Assembly: GCA_035084275.1 (NCBI GenBank)
Contig: CM068756.1
Span: forward strand, 14,880,001 to 14,944,000
Direction: 5' to 3'
DNA length: 64,000 bases
DNA from: Hydrolagus colliei
Lineage: Eukaryota
A program made the translations under genes and the position numbers. Positions 36,576 through 48,561 of the stretch are shown here, piece after piece (within the stretch, counting starts at the first letter, position 1; each line of letters opens with the position of its first letter). The notes beneath the pieces are model-generated. The model had not been told where the DNA came from. It ran no database searches and saw only the letters and a program-made list of their open reading frames with translations.

Positions 36576-36866
36576 TTAGTTAAACTCTACATTTTATGTT
36601 TCCTGTAAACTTGGAAATTCTGCCTCTTATATCAGAAATAAGATTACATTTCTTTGTCAATTTATTATGGGTTAGTGGGAGTCGCCTTGAACAATTACAC
36701 TGATAACTAGCCAGCTCCTCGTTCACTTTATAGCTGTAGAGACATTTCTTTGTGCAAAATTGCCTGCCGTGTATACCCACAGATAAAGGCAATAAACTTC
36801 ATAGTATATCCTGCCAAGAGATTTCAGATTTGATCAGACTTGATATCAAAGATTTTTCTATTCCAG

Positions 36867-37178
36867 TGCCCCCAATTCCTCTGAATATTTCGTCCAAATC
36901 TCCTCCAAGAGATTCATCTGTGTTTCTGACCCTCGTGTGTGAAACGGCAGCGTTTTACCCGGAGAATCTCACCTTCACATGGTCTAAAAACGGCACCGAA
37001 ATTACAACCGGGATAATCAGCACTGAATGGCAGAACCCGGAGGGATTGTATGAAGCTTCCAGCTCAGTGGAGGAGACACAGCCTGTCCAGAATGGGACAG
37101 TTTATACCTGTCAGGTGTCTCACATCAGCCTCCAGACTCCAGCAATTGGCAACTACACGGTTCAGTTTCTTCCTCAAG
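36867..37178 (+). CDS. R4 exon 3: C1-set domain
   Basis: ctattccag|TG...CAA G|GTAGGT, 312 nt; LVCETAAFYPENLTFTWSKNG...YTCQVSH. Confidence 0.95.
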
Positions 37179-38876
37179 GTAGGTATACAACAGTTTCAGT
37201 GTTAGTTAGTGTTAGCCGCCTTTCACAGGAACATTTCCTTTTTTTTAATTCACACTGAGAACTATACTCATATAATTTGCTTCATGTAAAATCTAAATCA
37301 CATTCATCTTTAGTGGAGTAAACTTGAATTGTTTTTACTCCAAGATTATATCACTTGCTCTTGAAAATATCAACAGTTCAGATTTCAAACGTGTAATATC
37401 CAATATATTGTACACTGCAGAGCGAGTATGAAATGTAAATTTACATCCCATTTCTCAATGACGAGTTGTTATTCTGTCCCCTCTATTTCACCTCATGATC
37501 TGTGTTGAATGGCGCTATAATATTAAATTATTTTCACAAAATCATTGGTTCGGAGTCTCTTTACAATGATGATTGTGTGAGGACCTCAGCTCCATGATTC
37601 CTGTGGAGCCGCGGCTGAGACTGGAAGGTAACACCGCCGATGGTGATTTCCAGATGATTTCACCTTTCCATGGCTCAGCACATTGGCACATTTTGACCCG
37701 AATTCACAATCTAGCTGCACTTGGGAACTGTTAATAAATGTTTTCTCTCTACAGCTGTCTTTCTCAGAAATAACCACGATAACTACCGCCGATTTTGTTG
37801 CTGGTAATAAATATATTCACACTCAACATATTGCGTTAAAAAACACATCTCTATCCAGTTTCCGACAAAGCACTTTGAAACGCTTGCATTGTATAATGCG
37901 CCATATCTAATTCAAGGTTTACTATTTATTTTATTACTATTGCCGAGAAGTTTCATTGCGTCTCTACAACATAATGTACTTGCTCTCTCATTTCGCTTAC
38001 TATCAAATAAAATTATGCGAATACCTTATTGTGAATGGTATATACATATATACATATATTCATCAACATAATCCATCAGGACGCAGGAAACAAGTTACAT
38101 GAAACATCCCAGGGTCTATTTTTATTTATTGTTCTTATGTAGAAAAACACGCCAACGTCATTGTTCCTCAAACACTTGTTTCGGGATAATTGTGTGGTTA
38201 TTGAAACTTTAAGCCATTCGATCACAATAAGCAGTTTCACCTCTGAATTCCCGGTTTCCAAGCCAACAATCCCCAGTGATGATTTTGTTAGAAACTCAGT
38301 TCTATGATTGCTCAGAAGCCGCAGCTGAGACTGGAAGATAACACTGCGGGTGATGGTTCCCAGAATACCATGTTTCGCCTTATGATGGAGCATTTTGTCC
38401 CAGTGCTTACAGTTTGGCTGCAGTCGGGCGCTGGATGGCTACAAGCTGTTGTTATTGTTGTAACTTTTGTTGCCCCCCTACCCTCTCTCCCCCTCCTTTC
38501 TGTCCTCGCACTCTTTCCCACTTTCTCTCCCCTCTTTTCCTCCCATCTTTGCCTCTCTACCCCCTGTTTACTTCCCTCTTTCTTTCCACACCTTTGACTT
38601 CCTTCACCCATACCCCCCTTCCCCCCCTTTTCCTCCCTTACCTTACCCCACACCACGATTGTTTGTGGGACTCCGTTGTGCCGAATTTGATGCCGTGTTT
38701 CGCCCACAAATGTACAATCAATTCTCCTACTGTCTATCCATCATTATCCATGTGCAAATGCTGTTGTGCATTAAATGCTAACTGGTCTCGCTTCCCCAGT
38801 CTAGTTTATTTCGTGACAACATTTCAGTTAAACACAAGCAGCGAACAGCACTGATGATTCTATCTTTGCTCCCTAG

Positions 38877-38988
38877 TGTTTAAAGGACTCGGTTTCATCG
38901 AAATGTGTCGGTTAGGATTCAGCGGGTTGATAATATTACTCCTGGCCGTCATCATTGTGGACTATTTCGATATTAATCCTCTGTAAAG
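38877..38988 (+). CDS. R4 exon 4: TM with Arg (activating type), stop at 38984-38986
   Basis: tctttgctccctag|VFKGLGFIEMCRLGFSGLIILLLAVIIVDYFDINPL* then AG|GTAAGA. Absent from the ORF track. Confidence 0.85.
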
Positions 38989-39652
38989 GTAAGATATTAA
39001 TTCGTTTGGGAGGCCGCCGACCTGAACTTTTAAATCCTGGCTGAGTGCAGAGTAACTGAGCAATCAAAACTGAGTTGTTCAAACCTATTGAGGCTGCGCC
39101 TTAGAAAGTGAAAATGGAGAAATTGTCCTTGGCGTTCAAGCAATCATTCATGCCTGGTAGATGACCTGAAAATACACAGAAGTAACTTTTTTATTACAGT
39201 AATTGATTGACAGTAACATGAATGTTTCGTTTTTGTACTTGCGATATTTTCACGTATATTCGCGACCCCACAACCTTTAAATATCAGATCACTATTTGAT
39301 TGGCATGACTTTGAACACATTATAATAGCTGTGTCAGATGAAGCGTCAACGCAGATGATAACTGATATTTTTCTTCAATGTTCTGATCAATTAATGACTG
39401 ATTGTCATTTCTTGCCTTTCTGATTGCTGAGTTTCCAATCAATCTGATTTGACAATCATCTAACAAAATTTTCTCATAACGTTTTGAAAAATAGTTTTTT
39501 CTTTCCAGATATTGTTGGTTTCTAATATATTCTATATAGGGAACAAATGGTGCCGAAAACAGTGATTAATGCTGAAACTCCAAATGTAGCGGAATCCAAG
39601 GAATGGGATCCGCGCTGATGGTCGAGGTGGGAAGCGGGTTGGAGCGAAAGAT

Positions 39653-39669
39653 AGGGTTAGGGTTAGGGT
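39653..39669 (+). repeat. Short interstitial telomeric repeat AGGGTTAGGGTTAGGGT
   Basis: Absent at the paralogous site ~1580. Confidence 0.6.
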
Positions 39670-41394
39670 AAGGCAACTTTACCGAAGGCAACTTTACTCA
39701 GCAATTTTGTATGAAATGTATGAATTCATAAAACCAAAATGCTAATAATGATTCCGTTGTTATAGGAGCAAACGATGAGACATCATTGACTGCAGAAATG
39801 TGAAGAATCGGAAGAGAATCATGAATAGACGCATATTATTTTGTAGATTTCTTGTGGCTATACGATGCAAGGTAACTGCCGCTTGAATTCAATATACTAC
39901 ATTTGCAGATTTAAAAAATAGGACAGGCTTTGCAGAAATGTAAGCGTTTCCCTTATAATTATGAACTTTGTACTTCAATTACTTTAGGAAACAGGTTAAA
40001 AATATTTCACGCAATCTCGAGCGGTTAGTATGTCTTTTAATTAGTGTTTTTAGTTGTTTTATCATGTTTCTTGTAGAATATTTAACGGATTATTTCTCCT
40101 ATTAAAGCCACTACCATACTGTACACAATTACCCGAAAATCACATTAAACTAACAGCATCTGTAAATTCAGCGCCTTGTGACCTCCCCCCGACGTGAAAG
40201 GCACTCTACAAATGTAATTTTGTTGTTGTTGTTGTTGTTGTTCTAAACTTTTACCAGAGAATTGTTCAATTAAAAATGTGCTTTACATGAAAACTGTAAT
40301 TAAAAATAATAAAAACATTACTTTGCAACATTTTAATGGCAAAATTTCACTGCAGAAAACGCGCGTTTCCTCCTTTATCCACTTTGACTCTTCCGAATGA
40401 TGGCGGAACACGTGTTATGGGAAACCGCCTTTAAGAAATAGACGCAATTAAGGTTCTAATGTTTAACATTGATTATATAGTCAGCAAAGGTGGAGTGATC
40501 ATAACTGTGAGAGAGAAACAACACTCCATCGGAAAAACAGACTGTGTCATAGTCCAACATGTTGTGAAATGATGAACCATTGCGCGTCTAACACCTTGTG
40601 TAACGTCAAAGAATCACAACAATCTATGTTTACAAATAGTGACTCTCACTTCAAGACTGATTCACAAACCACCTCCTACAGTAAACACCGGGATCTGGAT
40701 TAGGAGCTGGGGAGGTGGCTCTTGTCATGGTCGGTTTTGAAATCAATCCGTGGCCAGAGGTGGGGGGGGGGGGATGGGGGGGGGGGATCCCGACTGAAGT
40801 TTCAAACAGAAGCGAAAGATTGTCTGAAAGTTCTCCCATCTCCCGGGTTATGGTGGATCTGTCACTGGGACATGGGATACTTAAGTATCTGCCAAGCGAA
40901 TGCAGTAGAGTGATAGTGAAGCTATGGTTCCCGAATTCGGCGCCTAGGACGTCTCTGGGAAGTCAGTGAAATCAGGATTGAGCTGTTCAGATTCTAGACC
41001 GGGAGCAAGGTCTGCAGCTGGTGTAGAGACACTTAGAATCTCATGAGTAGGGAACTGAAATGATCACGGCTGATGGATTGGTTACATCTGATGAATGCTT
41101 CAGGATAAGGACAGCCGAGGGGGCGGCAGTGATTAATTCAGGTGATGTTGTGAATGTGCAGGAAACCTGAACGATTGACAGCCAGGAAGGATAGTTAATG
41201 TTTTGGGATCAGGCGATGACTGGGATGATTGACTTTCCAGTTTCCAATGCTGGTTTGAAATCTGGTTTTCAAGGATTATGTGATGGTTACAAAAAAACTT
41301 TGGATTCGAAGCAAAAGTTCAAGGTTAAAGTGGCAGTATTGCCACTTGTAATTATTGTGTGTTGTCTGGACACTTTACATTGTGTTATTTGAAG

Positions 41395-41660
41395 TGCAAC
41401 CCTGTAGCTCAGTGGTGAGAGCAGTCGCCTTACAAGACCTGGGTTCAATTACTGGCCGGGTGCCACCTTCAGTAAGTTTCCTTATTCCACACACCCAATA
41501 ATAATTCCTCAACAAAAGCTATTTTTAAAATTGGCCAGTTCAATCCACAACTGGTTTGGGGACATTCTCTGGGAAATCGGCTGCCGCGTTTCGCTCACAT
41601 ATTTACATACAGTCAACTAGCTTGACAATAAACGTTGTCTTCGCTTTGAGACCTCGTTGA
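41395..41660 (+). mobile_element. tRNA-derived SINE
   Basis: tgtagctcagtggtgagagcagtcgccttacaag head, ggctgccgcgtttc core. Confidence 0.85.
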
Positions 41661-42469
41661 GGCGCCTCCCCACACTCTGGAACTCCATCCCACATTCGCT
41701 TTGCCTTGATTCCTCCCTTGCCTCCTTCAAAGCCGGTATCTAGACCCTATTCTTCGTTCGTCCCTTCTGCCGCCCTCCCAACTCCATCCCTTCCCTCTTA
41801 ACTCTCTCCCTCCTTCCCCCTTATCCTGCTTGACCCATTGCTTGACTCCTCACTGCCTTCAGACGCCCTCCCTCCGACGTGAAAGCAGCTCTATAAGTGT
41901 AATATATTGTTGTTGTTGTCCAAAACACGTGAAAAGTGCTATTTAAATGCAATGATTTGTATTGATGATTAAGTGCTTTGTGACGCCTACCGCATGTAAC
42001 AGGAGATATTTCAAATATAAAGAATATTTTATTTCATGTTGTACAGTGCACTGCAATACTAGCCCAGTCTATCAGTTTGATTGTGATCCCTGTTCGGAAA
42101 CTGCTATCTGTTGCTTCAGCGACAATTGTGCTATAAACTGGACTGGAATTACATTTAAACCACACTTCTAGTCTGTGTTTATTACACTGTTATCACAATG
42201 CTCTCCCCGTCCGATCGAATTGCTTCTATTCTGCACTGAACACTCCACCTGGACGTGGTCACTTTTATATAAGTTGCCGACATCACAGAGTTATTCATTA
42301 GAACTATACAGTGCGGGTTCCTCTCGTCAAATTATTTCGACGTCAAATCTAGATATTGTCATGGTGAACCACTCCTGTCTTTCAATTCAATAAACAAACC
42401 GCGGAGGGAGCCAAAACTTTAATACAGTTTCAGCAGCAAATAGGTTTGGGTATTGCATCAATTCTTTCC

Positions 42470-42830
42470 ATCGCCTGCTTGTCAATAGCAATAAAGATGA
42501 TCACAATCCCCCCTTTTGCTGAATGTCTTATCACATTTTGAAATGCAGTGAAAGCGTTTCTCAGTGTTTTACTGCAGTACTGACGGTTTACAGGAGGTGA
42601 ATACAGCAGCCACCCCAGCACAACAATGTACCACAATCAGACATTAAATAGATGACCACATTTACCAAGGAAAGTTTGGCCTCGACACCAACAGTAAATA
42701 TCTTTTGTTTTCCAGTTGAGATGTAGGATATTTTACACGCTGTTGAACAGACAAACCCGACCTGGGGTATGAGTTTCACTCGAAGATAGCACACCCCCAT
42801 TTGGTAAGGTTCTCAAACTACTCTTGTGAA
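42470..42830 (-). mobile_element. Old DeuSINE-like element
   Basis: Minus strand ggggtgtgctatcttcgagtgaaac...ggctgctgtattc; related to 22690 and 55700. Confidence 0.55.
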
Positions 42831-43819
42831 GATTGAACGCATAAACCACTCACACAGTGGCCAGGATACTGAGACAAGCTGACGCTTATTGCTCATCCTC
42901 GCATTTGCCCTGGAGCCGTTATGAAATGAAAACGTCTTAAGGCCCATTGCTATTAAGCTACTGGCTATGATCGTGCGCGATATGGCAGAGAAAAGGCACA
43001 ATCGAATCAACAGTATACTTTTATTTGAAGGTTGGGTGCATAGATTTTGACATTAGTTGGAAAGTAATCCCAAATTACACAGATACAGGAGACGCTCTGT
43101 TGTGGAAGCAGCCGCATGTTGTGCAATCCGGCACATTGTGCATTACAGCGTCTAGACAATGTCAGGAACATTTACTTTAGAAACACTTGATGACATAACT
43201 ACAGATGATGTAAGTTGTTCACAGTTATCTCTCTGAAAGTTGCTCTCTGCAATTCATTTGAAGACTCGGTTCAAACCTGCACTGATACCGTTAAGCAGTG
43301 AAACAACCATCATTTGAGTTCTGCAGCGCCCTTCATAAGGATTGGGTAAAAGCGTGGCCACCGATGTAGGAAATGAGAGGACATGAAACACACCGGAGCC
43401 GGGAGCCAATGAGCAGTGGCTGCGGGTAGCGGGGGGTGAGCTGGGCGGGGAGGTTGTGACGGATAGTCAGGACATGCAGGCAGGACATGTTGTTAGTACA
43501 ACAACAACAACAACGAACAACTTTCACGTCAGGAGGACGAGGATCTTGAAGTCGATCCGTTGTGTCCTAAGTATCCAGTGGAGCCTGGCAAGGGTTGGTG
43601 GGAGGGTGAGAAGCTTTGGTCACCTCTACATGGGGGCTGCCCGAGAGCCAGTCAAGGGGGAGAAGAGAAAAGCAACGACACCGATCCCCAGTGTTAGAGA
43701 AACGAGTTCTCAGCAACTAATAGACAAGGTTGGCTCTCCAGTCTTGTGAGCAAATGGCGAATTGTCTTCACACAGGGTCTCACTAATATAGTGTAGCTCA
43801 CATCCGGCGAAAGTCTGAA

Positions 43820-43965
43820 AACATGTTATCAAATCAGAGGGGGAGCCCAGCTGCGCCCACAGGGTCAGGAAGTCAAACATGACACTCACATCTCATTTAA
43901 ATCAACTCCAACCCCTGGTCACAGACCAGCCACAGCTTTAGGGTTAGTCTCAGTCACAGATCAGG
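43820..43965 (+). promoter_or_regulatory. R5 proximal promoter/5'UTR
   Basis: Same GATA, E-box and ETS block as R4. Confidence 0.6.
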
Positions 43966-44023
43966 ATGTTGGCGAGTGTTGTGTTTCAGTGTCTGTCTCT
44001 CACAGTGTGGATCATTTCTAAAG
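43966..44023 (+). CDS. R5 exon 1: signal peptide
   Basis: Identical 58-nt leader, G|GTTTGT. Confidence 0.9.
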
Positions 44024-44122
44024 GTTTGTGACTATTCACTATCCCAGTGATCTCAAACACAAAGTGTGTGTCTCTGTCACAGTATTTTGTTTCAAAACAA
44101 TGTTTGACTTTATTTCTGACAG

Positions 44123-44428
44123 TTGCTGACGGTACATTGATCACAGTAACACAACAACCCGAACAGATCACTGTCAACAGAGGTGAAGATGTGACGTTAA
44201 CCTGCAACATCTCTAGCACAGCGAACGTGAAAATACACTGGTGGAAACAGGGAGAAAGTCAATACATGGTAATGGATCACAAGAAAACATTTGATGTCGA
44301 ATTTTCTGGAAGGGCCGTCTTCAAACTCCACGATGCAGGTCTCCAGGACTCTGGGATCTATTACTCTTCAGTGGCATTTAACGGAAATAAAACAGTGAAT
44401 GGAACTGGATCCCGTGTAACTGTATGTG
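44123..44428 (+). CDS. R5 exon 2: VJ-type V domain lacking the second canonical Cys (YYS)
   Basis: 306 nt; TAT TAC TCT where R4 has TAT TAC TGT; NGTGSRVTVC. Confidence 0.95.
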
Positions 44429-45100
44429 GTAAGTGACATGCCAAGGCAGAGATAGTAACTTTATATTTAGTGGAACCATAATTTACATTTATATGAGGCT
44501 TCTCACTGTTAGGGAGGATCTTAAAGGCTTTACAAAGGCTGAGGAGCAGCCAGAGCTGACACTGAGCTCGAAGGGGAGAGTTGAGGAACGTCTTCAGGTG
44601 GGATTTCAGGGGAGAGAGGGGAGCGAGAGAAGGATGGATTTTGATAAAGAATTCTGGAAGTTTGGGGCAACGTGGTTCAACTTTGCCCTGTACATGAACA
44701 TTCCCAAAAGTTGGGGTGACACAAAATAATGGCCGCAATATTCAAATTAAGGTGCAACTAGAAATGTATATTAATTAACCATTAATTCTATGGTTTTCTA
44801 TTCTATTCTACTGTTTTCCGCGGAGTCTTGTAGCGCCGTGGTTAGAGCACTCACCTTACAAGCGTGAGACCGGTATTCGAATCCAGCCAGGTCAGGGCGA
44901 AACCTTCGGCAACTTTCCTGACTCCACACGGCTAATATTGAACAACAACAAAGTCGGTCAATTCAATCCATGACAGTTTGTGGGACACTGACTGCTGTGT
45001 GCAATTGGCTGCTGCGTTTTGTCGCCAATATACAGTTAATTTACTTTACAGCATATTCTGTGAGGCGCTTTGAGATATGTAGAAGATATGAAAAGCGCTA

Positions 45101-47005
45101 GATTCATAGATTCATAGATTCATAGAATTTTACGGCACAAAAGGAGGCCATTCGGCCCATCTAGTCTGTGCCGGCTCTTTGAAAAGAGCGATTCAATCCC
45201 ACTGCCCTGCCCGCTCCCCATAGCCTAATAGACCTGTTCTCCCTAAATAAAGATCTAATTCCCTTTTAAAAGTTGTTATCGAATCAGCCTCCACCACCTT
45301 TTCAGGCAATGCATTCCAGATTCGAACAACTCGCTGAGTGAACAAATTTCTCCTCAGCTCCCCTCTACTGCGCCTTGAAACTATTTTAAATCTGTGACCA
45401 CGAGTCACAGATTCACCCACGAGTGGAAATAGTTTTTCTCTATTTACCCTGTCGAAACCCCTCATGATCTTATAAACCTCTATTAGGTCTCCCCTCAATC
45501 TTCTCTGCTCCAGAGAGAATAACCCTAGCCTATCTAGCCTCTCCTCATAGCTGAAGTCCCTCAATCCTGGCACCATCCTAGTAAATCTTCGTTGTACCCT
45601 TTCCAATGCCTTCACATCCTTTCTGTAGTGTGGTGACCAGAATTGAACACAGTATTCCAGCTGAGGCCTCACCAAAGTCCTATAGAGGTTAGTCAGCACT
45701 TCCTGACTTTTGTACTCTATACCCCTATTTACAAAGCCTAGTATCCCATATGCCTTCTTAACAGCCTTGTCTACCTGTCCTGCCACCTTCAACGAGTCAC
45801 TAACACAAATCCCCAGGTCTCTCTGTTCCTTTACACCATTTAAAATTGTACTATCTAGCCTATATTGCCTCCCTTCATTCCTTCTCCCAAAATGCATCAC
45901 CTCACACTTCTCTGCATTAAACTTCATCTGCCATGTGTCTGCCCACTTTACCAATTTGTCTATATCCTCTTGCAGATGGCTACTATCCTCCTCACTGTTT
46001 ACTATTCTCCCTAACTTAGTGTCATCTGCAAACTTGGAAACTGTACTCCGTACACCCAAGTCCAGATCAATGATGTAGATTACAAACAGCAATGGTCCCA
46101 AAACTGATCCCTGTGGCACACCACTGCTCACTTCCCTCCAATCTGAAAAACAGCCGCTCACTACAACTCTCTGCTTTCTGTCTCGCAGCCAGTTGTGGAT
46201 CCACGCTGCCACTGTCCCTTTTACGCCATGGGCCTTTAATTTCATAATAAGTCTCTCATGTGGCACTTTGTCAAATGCCTTTTGAAAGTCCATGTAAACT
46301 ACATCAACTGCGCTACCATTATCCACCCATTCCGTTACCTCATCAAAAAATTCTATCAGATTTGTAAGGCAAGATTTGCCTTTAACAAATCCATGTTGAC
46401 TGTCCTTTATTAGCCTATATCTTTCTAAGTGAAGATCTACCTTGTCCCTGATTATGGACTCTAGAAGTGTGCCCACTACCGACGTTAGACTGACTGGTCT
46501 GTAGTTACCAGGCTTGTCCTTCTGCCCCTTTTTATACAAGGGAGTAACATTAGCTATCCTCCAGTCCTCTGGCATGACCCCTGTGTCCAAGGAAGATTGA
46601 AAGATCGTGGCCAGAGTCCCTGCTATTTGCTCCCGTGCCTCACTTAGTAACCTAGGGTGCATCCCATCCGGACCAGGTGACTTATCCACCTTGAGCGACG
46701 TCAACCTTTTTAGAACTTCCTCTCTGGTTATAATTATTCTATCCATTTCTCCTACCCTCTCCTCTAATACCATGGCATTGGCTGTATCATTTTCTTTTGT
46801 GAAGACAGAGGCGAAGTACTCATTCAGTACATCAGCCATGCCCTCTGCCTCCACAATGAGATATATAAACTGCACCTACTTCCCCCTCTGCACCTAATTC
46901 CCACTCTCACCCAATTCCTTCTCACTCTGTCCTTGCCTCACTCCATCCGTAGCTCACTCTGGCTCTCTGCTCGATTAAGGCTCTCGCAGCTAGATATTAA
47001 TCCAA
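45101..47005 (-). mobile_element. Young CR1 insertion with an uninterrupted 560-codon RT/C-terminal ORF plus a 143-bp unrelated 5' segment
   Basis: ORF 45193-46875 with FADD; (ttctatga/atctatga)n tail; empty site gcgcta|tatcatgg at 36545-36558 in R4. Confidence 0.95.
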
Positions 47006-47321
47006 TATCATGGATTAACATTATTATTGTTAGTTAAACTCTACATTTTATGTTTCCTGTAAACTTGGGAATTCTGCCTCTTATATCAGAAATAAGATTA
47101 CATTTCTTTGTCAAGTTATTATGGGTTAGTGGGAGTCGCCTTGAACAATTACACTGATAACTAGCCAGCTCCCCCTTCACTTTATAGCTGTAGAGACATT
47201 TATTTGCGCAAAATTGCTTGCAGTGTAATACCCACCGATACAGGCAATAAACTTCATAGTATATCCTGCCAGGAGATTTCAGACTTGATCAGACTTGATA
47301 TCAAGGATTTTTCTATTCCAG

Positions 47322-47633
47322 TGCCCCCAATTCCTCTTAATATTTCGTCCAAATCTCCTCCAAGAGATTCATCTGTGTTTCTGACCCTCGTGTGTGAAAC
47401 GGCCGCGTTTTACCCGGAGAATCTCACCTTCACATGGTCTAAAGACAGCACCGAAATTACAACCGGGATAATCAGCACTGAATGGCAGAACCCGGAGGGA
47501 CTGTATGAAGCTTCCAGCTCAGTGGAGGAGACACAGCCTGTCCGGAATGGGACAGTTTATACCTGTCAGGTGTCTCACCTCAGCCTCCAGACTCCAGCAA
47601 TTGGCAACTACACGGTTCAGCTTCCTCCTCAAG
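47322..47633 (+). CDS. R5 exon 3: C1-set domain
   Basis: 312 nt, 6 aa different from the R4 C1; same splice sites. Confidence 0.95.
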
Positions 47634-48259
47634 GTAGGTATACAACAGTTTCAGTGTTAGTTAGTGTTAGCCGCCTTTCACAGGAACATTTCCTTTTTTA
47701 AATTCACACTGCGAACTATACTCATATAATTTGCTTCATGTAAAAAATAAATCGCTTTCACCTTTAATGATGAACATTTTAATTGTTGTGAATGCAAAAT
47801 AATATCACGTACCCTTGAAATGTTAGCACTGCATGTTTCAAACGTTTGACATCCAAAATGTTGTTTCCAGCAATGCAAGTATTAAATGTTTACTGTAAAA
47901 TGCTGTGAATGCGTATTTTGGGGGAAAACGGCGGCCATTGTCTACACAGCTAATTAATGCTCGAGCATCACAGAGAAAGCCAACAGTTTGATTTGGGGGA
48001 TTGTTGACCTGGAAACCGGGGATTCAGACATGAAACTGCACACTGTATTGTGATCCAATGGATTAAAGTTTCAATAACCACACAATTCTCCAGAAGCAAG
48101 TGTTTTAGGTCAAACCACGTTGCCGCCTTTTTCTATATAAGAACGATAAATAAAAATATATCCTGGGCTGTTTCATGTGACATATACTTTGTACTTTGAG
48201 ACGCCTTGACGACATGATATAATGTTGTATCAAACACGTAATTATGATCTTATCTATAG

Positions 48260-48364
48260 TGAAAAAGCATCACTTATTACTGATCGTTGGATCTGCAGCT
48301 GGCCTGGCTTTTCTGGTGCTGTTGGTGTACATTGGCTTACGATCTAAGGGAAAGAAAACGAAAG
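48260..48364 (+). CDS. R5 exon 4: uncharged TM (inhibitory type)
   Basis: tatctatag|VKKHHLLLIVGSAAGLAFLVLLVYIGLRSKGKKTK G|GTAAGA. Confidence 0.9.
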
Positions 48365-48517
48365 GTAAGAATTTAATTTTTTTCACGGTTAATTATGAAA
48401 GCTTGATTTTGCTACATGTTAACGTGCAAACGCTGGGCGTCCGATCGCTTTCATTCTTTTTTGTTCTCCATTCAAGATTCGGTAAAAATGTCAGTTATTA
48501 TATTTCATTCATTTTAG

Positions 48518-48561
48518 GTTTACACAAGAAACAGAATGATTCGGACCACCGTAGCGAACAG
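48518..48561 (+). CDS. R5 exon 5: 44-nt linker
   Basis: attttag|GLHKKQNDSDHRSEQ|GTAATA, phase 1 to 0. Confidence 0.8.

Larger units (their letters stand above)
38740..42430 (+). repeat. Segmental paralog of 360-~4300 and 4860-7050 (3' half of an activating gene)
   Basis: Colinear similarity, e.g. 39280-39500 vs 1195-1420 and 42000-42430 vs 7525-7950. Confidence 0.85.

Noticed and set aside
38076-38393. 106-codon minus-strand ORF in a segment repeated in the R4, R5 and R6 introns
   Set aside because: The frame is not conserved between copies and the orientation flips in R5; treated as non-coding duplicated intron.
4900-46897. Paired antisense ORFs MARVPAICSR... and MYSIPLF... (4900, 5833, 45710, 46607)
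   Set aside because: Antisense shadows of the CR1 RT frame.
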